Shown here: positions 42,646-51,659 of the stretch, one piece after another
Numbering within the stretch: position 1 is the first letter of the stretch
How the letters are laid out: every line of letters starts with the position of its first letter
From: Desulfomicrobium sp.
GTDB lineage: Bacteria; Desulfobacterota; Desulfovibrionia; Desulfovibrionales; Desulfomicrobiaceae
Length of the DNA: 64,000 nucleotides
Direction: 5' to 3'
Assembly (NCBI GenBank): GCA_040768745.1
Contig: JAXGMI010000001.1
Span: forward strand, 224,001 to 288,000
Translations under genes and position numbers: made by a program
Notes under the pieces: model-generated
Told to the model about the DNA's origin: nothing
Seen by the model: the letters and a program-made list of their open reading frames with translations, nothing else
Databases searched by the model: none

Positions 42646-43442
42646 CATGGCTGGCGCAGGTGCTCCAGGATGAGGGCCGCCGCCCCGGCGTAGTCGCCGT
42701 CGAAATGGTGGGAGCCGGGCAGGGACCGGATCGTGGCCTCTTCGGGTGACAGATCCGCGCACAGGGAGGACGTTTCGTCGCGGCCCTGGACGCAGAGCAG
42801 GTGCACGGGCTGGATCCGGCGCACCTCGGGCAGCAGGGCGATGTCCCGGGCGGCCTCGTCGTCGTGGATCCAGTCGGAGACGTGGAACTCCAACTCCACG
42901 CTCCGGCTCGGGGCCAGCAGGGCGACCTGCCGGACCGTGCGGCGGAGGTCCGGCGGCAGGTTGGCGATCATGGGCGGCAGGGCGTCGGCCCCCAGGGAGA
43001 AGCCGACCAGGGAGAAGTCCTTCCCGCCCCAGGCCGCCAGGTAGTGGCGCATGATCCTGGCCAGGTCGGCCCCGGCGTCCTCGGGCGTGCGCCTGGTCCA
43101 GAAATATTTCATGGAGTCGAGGCCGATGACGCCGATGCCGTTCTTGGCCAGGATGGCCGCGATGTCCTTGTCGATGCCGGCCCAGCCGCCGTCGCCGGTG
43201 ACGAGGATGGCCAGGGTGCCTGTGGCCGGGTCCGAGGGGCGGACCTCGACCAGCGGCAGATCCCCCACTCCGCCGGGCCGGACCAGGGAAGGCTCCGGCC
43301 GCCTGGAGGCCGCCGCTTTCAGAGCCAGCGCCAGCCGGCCCCGCCACAGGGCCGGATCGGCGTACCCGTCAGCCCCCGGCAGGACGTGCAGCCCCACGCC
43401 GCGCATGCCCTGCACGAAGCCCCACACGTCGCCGGCGGCCAT
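42645..43442 (-). pseudogene. AcvB/VirJ aminoacyl-PG hydrolase, N-terminally truncated
   Basis: GDGGWAGIDK, DSMKYFW, GFSLGAD, LPGSHHFDGDY. Confidence 0.8.
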
Positions 43443-43444
43443 GA

Positions 43445-45459
43445 AAGGGTCCGCCTCGGCCTGATGGCCGGGTAGCCCTCGGGCGGGACGACCTCGAACG
43501 TGCAGCCGTTCTTCTCCAGGTTGTTCTTCTTGTACCGCAGCCCCTGGCGGGACGCGCCGTTCAGGTGGAAGGACGGCAGGTCGACCAGGGCCTCCTCGCC
43601 GATCTTGAGGAGGTTCAGGCCCGTGTCCCAGAACAGGGGCAGGCGGCTCTGGGGGATGCCGTAGAACACGGGGCGGCCGCAGTGCCGGTCGCAGGCCTCA
43701 CGGAACTGCCAGATGAGTTCCGGGGCGTCCTCCTCGCGGCCCACGGGCGGGCCCATGGTCACCCAGGTTCGCCCCATGACGCCGAACATGAGGAAGGACT
43801 CGCGGCTCTGCGCGATCATGAACATCTTGTCGCCCAGCAGGGCCAGGTTCGCCCTGGTGTGCGGGCACGTGGCCGCGATCTCGCGGACCAGGGCCTCCTC
43901 CTCGGGGGTGACCGGGGCCGGGCGGTAGGGGGCCGGGGCCATGAGGCGCATGACCGCCAGGCACAGCCCGGCCGCCCCCGCGCCGACCCAGGCGCGGACC
44001 ACGTTGGGGATGGAGCCGTCGGTGGTGAAGTTCACCCAGAACTCGCCGGACTGTCCGGCGTGCCGGTAGGAATAGAGGGCCAGGCCGGTGGTGGCCGCCA
44101 GGACCAGGGCCATGGCCGCGATCCAGCCCGGCGTGAAGCGGTCCGAGAACAGGCTCGAGGACGCGAGAACCGCCTGCGGTTGGGCAGCACCAGGAGCAGG
44201 ACGCAACCCAGGATCAGGGCCTCCTCGTAGTCGCCGCCGCGCAGCAGGGCGGCCAGCATGCCCAGGGCCAGCATGACGACCGTCAGGTGGAAGGCCACGT
44301 CCAGGCGGCGCTGGATGCCGCGGGACAGGAAGAGCAGGAACATGCCCACGATGCTGCCCATCATGTGGGAGCCCCCGACCACAGGGCCGGGCAGGTGGCT
44401 GGTCACCAAGAGTAGGCGCGAGGCCAGGGCCGGGGTGGCGCCGGACAGCAGCAGCACCGCGCCGGCGGTGAAGGTCAGCACGGCCAGGGTCTGCGGCACC
44501 AGGGTCGCGCTCCAGCGGATGCCGGCGTGGACCAGCAGGCGCAGCACCGGCACGGTCTCGAACAGCTCCCGGACGGCCAGGGTCAGGGCGGCCAGGACCA
44601 GGGGCAGGAGGTAGTAGATGAAGCGGTAGGCCAGGAGGGCGGCGAAGAGCTGCCCGTTGTCCCCGTCCGGGGTCAGGAGCATGAAGGCCGTCTCGAAGAC
44701 CCCCACCCCTCCCGGCGCCTGGCTCATGACCCCGGCCAGCTGGGCCAGCATGAAGCGGATGAAGAAGGTCGTCAGGCCCGGATCGTCGGGCAGGAGGGCG
44801 TAGAGGATGAGGCCCGAGAGACCTCAGTCCAGCACGGAGAAGGCGACCTGCACAAGGGCCGTTTGCGTCCCCGGGGCCGGGATGTGGAAGCCGAGGATGG
44901 AGACCGGCTCGCGCCAGCGGGTGGAGGCCAGGACATAGAGCACGGGGATGGCGGCCAGGCCGGCGCCCAGGATGTCGCTGCCCAGGGCCAGGGTGCCGGC
45001 CGCCTCGGGGCTGAGGAGCAGGGCCAGGCCCCCCAGGCCCACCAGCCCCAGCCAGAGGCTGACGGTGGTGAAGATGGTGATGCGACCCACGTCGGCCGGG
45101 GTCAGACCCCAGGCGGAGTAGAGGCGGAACTTGATGGAGCTTCCGGACAGGAAGGAGAAGCCCAGGGTGTTGGCGAAGGCGTTGCCGATGAAGGACGAGA
45201 TGGCGATGCGCTTCAGGGGTTGCGGCACCCCGGCGTAGCGGCAGGCGAAATGCTCGTAGCCGGCCAGCACGGCGTAGTTGAGCACGGCCAGGGCCAGGGC
45301 CAGCAGCACGCTGCGGCCGGGCATGCCCGCCAGGGCGGCCTGGATCTGGCCGATGCTGACATGGCTGAGCTCCTGGCCCAGGAAGCGCGTGGCCGCGGCG
45401 ATGAGCATCACGGAGAGGACCGGACCCCAGAACGAGACGGAACGAAAACGCATGAACAA
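43445..45459 (-). pseudogene. mprF: MprF/LpiA aminoacyl-PG flippase-synthase, frameshifted and C-terminally truncated
   Basis: PGGVGVFE, YRFIYYLLP, LALLGDK, KIGEEALVDL; stops before the catalytic C-terminus. Confidence 0.82.
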
Positions 45460-46035
45460 CGCTCCAGTGCGTCATCCGGCGTGAACGTCGGCGGATGGCG
45501 CCGGTATGTGCGAGATCTCTCGGGGATGAGAAGGGTCGATCCATTCCCGGGCCCGGGGGCTGGGGTCATGGGGGAGCTCGTTGCGCGCTCCCTCGGGGAT
45601 CGGGGGAAGTGCCCGACCCAGGGCATGCCCACATACGGACAGTCGGGGGATCTGTAAATGGGCGTCTTGAGGGCCGCCCGCCTTGACTGCGCGGGGCCCC
45701 GCGGGCCAGCATCCGGGAGACCCGGATCCGCTCCTGGCCCACTCGAAGTCCTGCTCCAGTTCGCGGGCCAGAAAATAGGGTCACGTCTTCCGTTGACGAA
45801 TCGCAGATCACGGGCAGGCGGGTGTGCGGCGCGAAAAGGCCCAGCAGCGATCAAATCGCGGCTGGGCCTTGTGCTTGTGGGAGGCGAGACTCGAACATAA
45901 CGTCAACATTTTGTATTTACTTACTTTTCGAGCATTGCAAACGGGCACATGTATGCAAAATATACAAAAAATGCATATTTTTGAAATAAAACATGAATCA
46001 GGAAATTTTCGCCCGAAAATCGAAAAACTCAATGA

Positions 46036-46340
46036 ATGAGAATCTCACTTTGAGACACGAATCCAGGGTGGCGAGTGTCAGACGTGAAGGCCTGGCCGAG
46101 GTTGTGGACGGGGTGACGTCTGACGGGCGGGCGGGCTGGCCACGGGCATGGATTCGTGCTATGGCCGCGGCCATGACCTTGACCATCATCCTCGCGCTCG
46201 CTGCCGTTGTCGCTGTGAGCCTCAAAATTCACCATTCTCAGGCGCCTGTGTCCTGTCCATGGTGCGGTGCCCTGCAGTCGCGTTCCGCTCGTCGCTGTGC
46301 GGTTTGTGGCGGGGCCATGGGCCGGGCCTCCCGCGTATAA
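46036..46340 (+). CDS. Small membrane protein with a C-terminal Zn ribbon
   Basis: One TM helix followed by CPWCG...CAVCG. Confidence 0.55.
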
Positions 46341-46371
46341 AAAAAGAAACCCCGCCGGAGCGGGGTTCTTA
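46339..46371. terminator. Bidirectional terminator between convergent cargo genes
   Basis: AAAAAAGAAACCCCGCCGGAGCGGGGTTCTT. Confidence 0.7.
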
Positions 46372-46490
46372 TGGTTTGTATGCGGATCAGATTCTAATCG
46401 TGCACTTCGTGAATCTTGACATCTTTCATTCCCTGTTCGGCCAGTACATTCATATTAATCAGCGGTAAAACTATACTCCCGAATCCAGCA

Positions 46491-46988
46491 CTAGAAAGAA
46501 ATCCTGTTATAGCACTTCGCAATACATTTTGCTTCGCGGTTAGGTTTGAAAATTTTTTCAGGTACTGGAATTGAGCTACAGAATACTTTAATTGGCTTAC
46601 CTTGGATTTGTTCATATCCGCGCAACCACTTGTCACGAATGAAATTTTTTTGTTCCGAAGAATATTTTCGTCCCCGTATTTCATCAAGTAATCGATTGTA
46701 AACAGGTACGACCTCAGGGTGCAGGACATCGAAAAAGTTTTCCTCATTTAACCTGATAAAAGCATAAATCACAATACATGATTTGTCTTCATCCGAATTA
46801 TAGCTACCTGATTGGAGACTTTTTCTATACCATTTTTTGGCTTCGTCCTGCCCTTCAGGTTGTCGATGAAAAAAATAAACACCTTCCCCCCAAAGAGCAA
46901 ATGAACCGAGCCGAAAGCCAGACCTACTGATGCTTTCAGCCCTGCTTGCGGTTGTTCCATGGGCACCTTCAAGTTCAAGCATTGCCAT
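46491..46988 (-). CDS. ADP-ribosyltransferase-fold (PARP/HYE-like) protein, AT-rich cargo
   Basis: AHGTT...I...GF...WGEGVYFF...A..W; the C-terminus may extend to 46394 if there is a frameshift. Confidence 0.6.
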   Translation of the reverse strand: MAMLELEGAHGTTASRAESISRSGFRLGSFALWGEGVYFFHRQPEGQDEAKKWYRKSLQSGSYNSDEDKSCIVIYAFIRLNEENFFDVLHPEVVPVYNRLLDEIRGRKYSSEQKNFIRDKWLRGYEQIQGKPIKVFCSSIPVPEKIFKPNREAKCIAKCYNRISF

Positions 46989-47333
46989 CCCGGCGGCGCT
47001 ATATCTATTTTGAAAAAAATGTAACCCCCTTGACTTCTGAAAAATCAAAAAATTGTCAGAAATCCAAAATCGCATTATCTTAAGTGCTCACGGAAGGGTC
47101 ACGCGCAACTTGCACCCCCTAGAAAAAATCGCCCGCGGGTGGAAACAGAGAAACCACCTCACGGCCCAGACTTCTAATCAGTACACCCCATAATCAAAAA
47201 ACCCGCCCCGGACGGCTCTCATCCGAGGCGGGCTCAAACCTCCACGCTTTGCTCCAAGCGCCGCGCCTTGGTTTGATGGTCCGGAGTAAACGGACATTCC
47301 AGCGCAGAACTGCAGGCCCGCGCAGGAAATTTC

Positions 47334-47801
47334 TTAGTCCACAATGACCGACGCGCCCACGCCGTAGCGAAGATCAGACAGCACGTAGTAGGCCTGGGTC
47401 AGGTTCAGCGCGTTGCTGGCCGCCGTCTTCACGGTCACGCAGTCGAACCCGCCGGCCACGTCCAGCGCGCTGGCGTCGATCTCGAACGCAACGAGCTTGT
47501 GCTTCAGGGTCGCCGAAGTCGTGAACTCCACGTCATCCGTCTGACGCACCCAAGCGTCACTCGTGGCCGCGTCGGCGACCAGGTAAATCGGCACGTCCAC
47601 GGCTAGGGGCTTGGAGCCGGTGCCGTCCACCTTCGTGGCCTGCTCGATCGTGATGGCCACGGGGTCGGCGTGACCCTGGGCGATGTCGACAACCACGGTC
47701 ACATGCCCGGCCTTTTTCAAGCTCACATAGTCGCCGGTGATGGCCGCCCCCGCTTGGGGGGCGATGGCCTCGACGATCTTCACTTTTTCAATCAGGTTCA
47801 T
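47334..47801 (-). CDS. Capsid cement/decoration-like protein
   Basis: Immediately follows the capsid gene, has an SD, beta-strand-rich 155 aa. Confidence 0.55.
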   Translation of the reverse strand: MNLIEKVKIVEAIAPQAGAAITGDYVSLKKAGHVTVVVDIAQGHADPVAITIEQATKVDGTGSKPLAVDVPIYLVADAATSDAWVRQTDDVEFTTSATLKHKLVAFEIDASALDVAGGFDCVTVKTAASNALNLTQAYYVLSDLRYGVGASVIVD

Positions 47802-47810
47802 GGCGTCCTC

Positions 47811-49094
47811 CTACTCGGTCCTTGCGGCCAGCATCACGAACGGAGAGAGCGTGTTGCTGCCGTTCAAGGGCGTGATGGGCTTATCGTGAAGCGGCTGGCC
47901 ATTGTTCCGCATGATGAACCGGAAGGCGGTTTCATCGGTCAGGAACTTCACATGGATGCTTTCCGCTTCCTCTACTCCGCCCTTGGTGATGAGCAGATAT
48001 TCCGACCAGTCGGCCAACACGATGTCACCGAGGCTGCCCAAGGTCGCGCAGAACTCCACCGGCACAATCGGCAAGCTGAACAGGGCGCCGAAGGGGTTGC
48101 CCCGGAAGTCGGGCGTATAGACGGGCTTGTCACCAATGGTCATGAGCGGGAACTGGGTCAGACAGTCCTGATTCACGAACCAGGCCGCGCTGCGCAGGTT
48201 GCCCCTGAAGCGGCCCATCATCTTCACCACGTTGGTCGCGTTGATGGTTCCCGCGGTCTGGCTGGTTTCCTTGGCCACGGTCACGGGAAGATCTGATTTC
48301 GTAACACCGAGGCACTGCCCCGCGCCGTTGCCTTCCCAGATTTCCTTATCCAGGCGGAAGGAAAGCTGCTGCCGAAGCACGCGCTTCGTATAGGCGGCCA
48401 TGGCGGGCGCGTCCCGGAGCATCCGGTTCGTGACGTAGACCAGACCGTAGAGGTCCTCGAGGCGCAATTCGCGCTCGTTCAACTTCGCCTTGCCACCGTC
48501 CTGCATCGTGTCGGCTTCGCCCTTTCTGTAGACGCTCACGCCGTTGATTTTGCCGTCGCTGCGGTCACGATCATCGGCCGCCAGGTAGGAATAGCTGTCC
48601 GCGTTCGGGCCGATGGGCTGGATGGAGCACCGGGAGGAAAAAACGCCAGTCTGGATGGCCGTTGTGGCGATGTCGGCGGCCTTGTCGGTCTCCACCAAAT
48701 AGCCACCCTCGGAAGGGGTGCCGGTGTTGCCGCCGGCAGCGTTCACGACCTGCTGGTAGCGCTCACGGGCCCGGGGAGCGCCGCGCCCGTCCAGGGTCAT
48801 CTCCATCACGTCCATCATCTGTTCGCCAAGGTTCTTGTAGGTCGCGGGCTGCCGGGTGATACTGACGTCACCATAAAAACCGTTGGCTTGGTTGGCCACG
48901 GCCAGGGCGTCGGCGGGGTCGGAGAGACCGTTCAACCGGCGATAGTTGGCCGCCTGCTGGGCTAACTTGTTTGCCTCATCCATGAGGGCGTCAAAGCGGG
49001 TCTGGTCGCCGGGGGTGAAGTCGTCTTTTTCCTGCAGGGCGCGGGCTTTGTCGAGGACCTGTTCCTGTCGCGCTAAAATCGTTTCAAGATGCAT
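47811..49094 (-). CDS. HK97-fold major capsid protein with an N-terminal delta (scaffold) domain
   Basis: Coiled-coil N-terminus; GGYLV; GEA; VTNRMLRD; GNGAGQCLG; DWSEY; DETAFRF..R.NG. Confidence 0.88.
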   Translation of the reverse strand: MHLETILARQEQVLDKARALQEKDDFTPGDQTRFDALMDEANKLAQQAANYRRLNGLSDPADALAVANQANGFYGDVSITRQPATYKNLGEQMMDVMEMTLDGRGAPRARERYQQVVNAAGGNTGTPSEGGYLVETDKAADIATTAIQTGVFSSRCSIQPIGPNADSYSYLAADDRDRSDGKINGVSVYRKGEADTMQDGGKAKLNERELRLEDLYGLVYVTNRMLRDAPAMAAYTKRVLRQQLSFRLDKEIWEGNGAGQCLGVTKSDLPVTVAKETSQTAGTINATNVVKMMGRFRGNLRSAAWFVNQDCLTQFPLMTIGDKPVYTPDFRGNPFGALFSLPIVPVEFCATLGSLGDIVLADWSEYLLITKGGVEEAESIHVKFLTDETAFRFIMRNNGQPLHDKPITPLNGSNTLSPFVMLAARTE

Positions 49095-49120
49095 TTTGGA
49101 CTCCTTTGATGTGAGGTGCG

Positions 49121-49807
49121 TTAAATTTTCGCTTGAAGGGCCGCGAGCTGCAGGGCGCGTTCGCGTCGTTCCCTGTCCTGACCAGATGCCTGTCCGGGCG
49201 TGAAAATCCTGTCCACGAATCCATGACGCTTTGCCTCTTCGGCCGTGAACCACGTCTCGGCGTCCATCCACGCGCGAATCTGCTTCTCATCCTTCCCGGT
49301 CCTGGCCCGGTAGGTCTGCACGATGTTGCCCGTGGTCTGGCGAAGCAGGGCCGCATAATCCAGCATCTCTAATTCACCGCCAGCGCAGACGCCCCACGCG
49401 TTGTGGATCATGAACGCGCCACCGGACGCCATTTCCACCTCGTTGGCAGCGATGGCCAGGCCCGTAGCTGCCGACGCGCAGAGCCCGTCAATATGGGCGA
49501 TGACATTGGCAGGATGCTGCGCAATGGCCGTGCGGATCGTCTCTGCGTCGAACACGGAACCGCCCGGAGAGTTGATGCGCAAATGGATGGTCTTGGCCTT
49601 GATGGCGGCGAACTCGGGAACCCATGTCTTGGGGTCAATGCCGTACCACGAGCCGATGGCGTCGTAGACGTAGACCGTGGCCGCACCTCGGGCCGCGTCG
49701 AAGACGGGAGCGGGGCTTGTCAGGACGGGCTTGCCGGCCTTCTGCCTGGCCAGTGCCTCGGACTCGGCCCGGGCCAGCAACTCACGCGCGGATAGCCGGG
49801 CGCTCAT
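49121..49807 (-). CDS. ClpP-like head maturation protease
   Basis: RINSPGGSVF, DGLCASAA, FMIHNAW, ETWFTAEEA..GFVD. Confidence 0.9.
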   Translation of the reverse strand: MSARLSARELLARAESEALARQKAGKPVLTSPAPVFDAARGAATVYVYDAIGSWYGIDPKTWVPEFAAIKAKTIHLRINSPGGSVFDAETIRTAIAQHPANVIAHIDGLCASAATGLAIAANEVEMASGGAFMIHNAWGVCAGGELEMLDYAALLRQTTGNIVQTYRARTGKDEKQIRAWMDAETWFTAEEAKRHGFVDRIFTPGQASGQDRERRERALQLAALQAKI

Positions 49808-50028
49808 CGGGGGCCGCCTTGCGGGAGGCTATTCCCGCGCAGGTTGTGTTCCGTCAGGGCGCGGGCCAGGTCCGCCTCGGTCAACTGCCCGCGCTCCACC
49901 ATGAGCAGGAGAGCTTCGAGCAATTCACCCTGTGGCAGGCCAGCCTTGGCGGCCTCAACCTTCAGGCGCTTGGCCGTGTCCTGGCTCAGTCTGATTGTGT
50001 GTCTCGTTTTTTCCATTTCGGTCTCCAT
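49804..50028 (-). CDS. Small RHH-like DNA-binding protein
   Basis: TRHTIRLSQDTAKRLKVEAA..G...GELLE. Confidence 0.55.
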   Translation of the reverse strand: METEMEKTRHTIRLSQDTAKRLKVEAAKAGLPQGELLEALLLMVERGQLTEADLARALTEHNLRGNSLPQGGPR

Positions 50029-50139
50029 GGGCAGACAATGCCGCCTAGTCAGACAAAAAAACCCCTCGAACCTGTTCGCGGGGTCTCCGGTCGCACCTAT
50101 CAAAAAAATCTATGCGAACCATGGCCCAAATCAGCCCTG

Positions 50140-50212
50140 ATTTTGACGACACGAAAAAAAGAGAGGGCACGCCGGTCTTGGGCGGAAGGACGCCAAGATT
50201 CGCACTCCCCGG
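50140..50212 (-). other. cos-like packaging signal
   Basis: Minus strand GGGGAGTGCGAATC...AGACCGGCGTGCCCTCTCTTTTTTTCGTGTCGTCAAAAT resembles the layout of HK97-type cos regions (judged from memory). Confidence 0.45.
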
Positions 50213-50219
50213 GCCTGGG

Positions 50220-50714
50220 TCAGGCCTGCGCGCCGCGCTGGAAGGCCAGCCGCACGCCCCTAACGTGCCGCTCCGTCACCGCGCACGCCCGGGCAATCTC
50301 CGCGTCCTTGCGCCCGGCCTTGAGCATGTCCTCAATGACCCGCCGCCCTACCTTGGCCTTCAGCCTGGGCCTGGATAACCCGAGGTCGCGCTTGACCTCG
50401 GCCACGAACCGCGCCGAAACGCCGACCTCGGCCGCGACCTCACGGATAGACGCGCCAGCCTCCAGCAGTTCGGCCACGCGGACCTTGCGGGGCTCCGGGC
50501 GGATGGCCACCGTGGGCAAGAGAATATCGAACCCGCCGTAGGCCTCGGAGAGGGCTGCAGCAGGCCCGGCGCCTATCAACTCCACCAGGGCCGGATGCGG
50601 CGCTCGCGCGCGGATGTACAGGGGCCGGGATGTCTTTTCCCTGAGCAGGATTGCGGCCGCTTCCTCGCCAACGGTTTCAACCAGCCTTGCGGCCGGCACC
50701 CAAACAGCGCCCAT
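50220..50714 (-). CDS. Mor-like / double-HTH transcriptional regulator
   Basis: VGEEAA..L....LYI, IG...A.ALSEAYGG; two HTHs (SIREVAAEVGVSARFV, DAEIARACAVTERHV). Confidence 0.6.
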   Translation of the reverse strand: MGAVWVPAARLVETVGEEAAAILLREKTSRPLYIRARAPHPALVELIGAGPAAALSEAYGGFDILLPTVAIRPEPRKVRVAELLEAGASIREVAAEVGVSARFVAEVKRDLGLSRPRLKAKVGRRVIEDMLKAGRKDAEIARACAVTERHVRGVRLAFQRGAQA

Positions 50715-50715
50715 C

Positions 50716-51081
50716 TCACGCCTCCACCATGTTGCAGATTGACCAGGCAATCCCGGCCACGGATGGCGACCACCAGCACGCACCCTTCCCATGGTGCCGG
50801 CGCATGTCCGCCACCCACGCCTCGGCCTCGGTCCTGCTCATGGCCGGGAACGCCGCCGCGTGGGCCTGCAGGACGCCCCGGCACCTCTCCGCATGGTAGA
50901 GAGCCACCCGCAGCGCCCGCGCCTTCCTGGGGCACCAGGGGAGGCTTGCCAGGGGCAGCACCCACCCGCCGACTACTCGGAAGTGGATCTCGTTTTCCCT
51001 GGCCAGGGCCGCCAGGAAGGACAACTTCAAAAGCGTGCCCTTGTCGTCGGGGAGAGGTATTTGGGTAAAGGGGTCTGTCAT
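50716..51081 (-). CDS. Hypothetical satellite protein
   Basis: Coupled ORF in the operon. Confidence 0.5.
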   Translation of the reverse strand: MTDPFTQIPLPDDKGTLLKLSFLAALARENEIHFRVVGGWVLPLASLPWCPRKARALRVALYHAERCRGVLQAHAAAFPAMSRTEAEAWVADMRRHHGKGACWWSPSVAGIAWSICNMVEA

Positions 51082-51443
51082 CGTCTCGCCCATTCATGCC
51101 AAGCGCCGGGCACTGGAGCGCCAGCCCGTGGACGTGGTTTCCGCCTGCCCCATTGATAATCGCCCGTGTCGCCCTCGATGCGGAACGTGGTCAGCGTGCG
51201 CAAGGCTACGGCCTCAACCGCGTTGAAAACCGGGTCGCAGGGTTCCGGCGTGATGTGACACTCAATTTCGGCAACGGATGCGTTCGAGTCATACCAGACG
51301 GCTGAAACGTATTTCGCCACGCCTTGCGTTTTCGCCAAGTCGGCAAAGTCGATCATCTCTCTGATCTCGTTCAGCCGACCGTGGCGGGTAAGTAGCGTGA
51401 TTCCGTGCACGAGTAGCGCGCCTTCGACTTCGAATTTTTCCAT
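51078..51443 (-). CDS. Hypothetical satellite protein
   Basis: 121-aa ORF with an AGGA SD; stop overlaps the next ATG. Confidence 0.55.
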   Translation of the reverse strand: MEKFEVEGALLVHGITLLTRHGRLNEIREMIDFADLAKTQGVAKYVSAVWYDSNASVAEIECHITPEPCDPVFNAVEAVALRTLTTFRIEGDTGDYQWGRRKPRPRAGAPVPGAWHEWARR

Positions 51444-51546
51444 GTTCCTTCTCCTATCATGCCGGTGCGGTCACGCCGCCCGTGAAGGTTTTCGCCATGG
51501 AGGGAGAGATTTTTTCTTTTTCTTCCCCTGGCCAGTTGCCCCGACG

Positions 51547-51659
51547 CGAAGCGAAGAACGAAGACCCCCCTATAGGGGGGTTCTTCGCCTTCTTCGGTTC
51601 TTCGGTCTCTCGCGTGCGAAGATTCTTCGAAGATTCTTCGGTTTTCTTCGCTTCTTCGG
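51547..51659. repeat. Iteron array plus palindrome; putative satellite replication origin
   Basis: CCCCCCTATAGGGGGG (51565-51580), seven TTCTTCG copies on its right and inverted CGAAG(AA) copies on its left. Confidence 0.75.

Noticed and set aside
45500..45875. Riboswitch or ncRNA upstream of mprF
   Set aside because: No recognisable consensus. The hairpin at ~45836-45870 is adequately explained as the displaced tRNA terminator.
51547..51659. Repeats as a CRISPR array
   Set aside because: The units are 7 bp with no unique spacers, and there are no cas genes.
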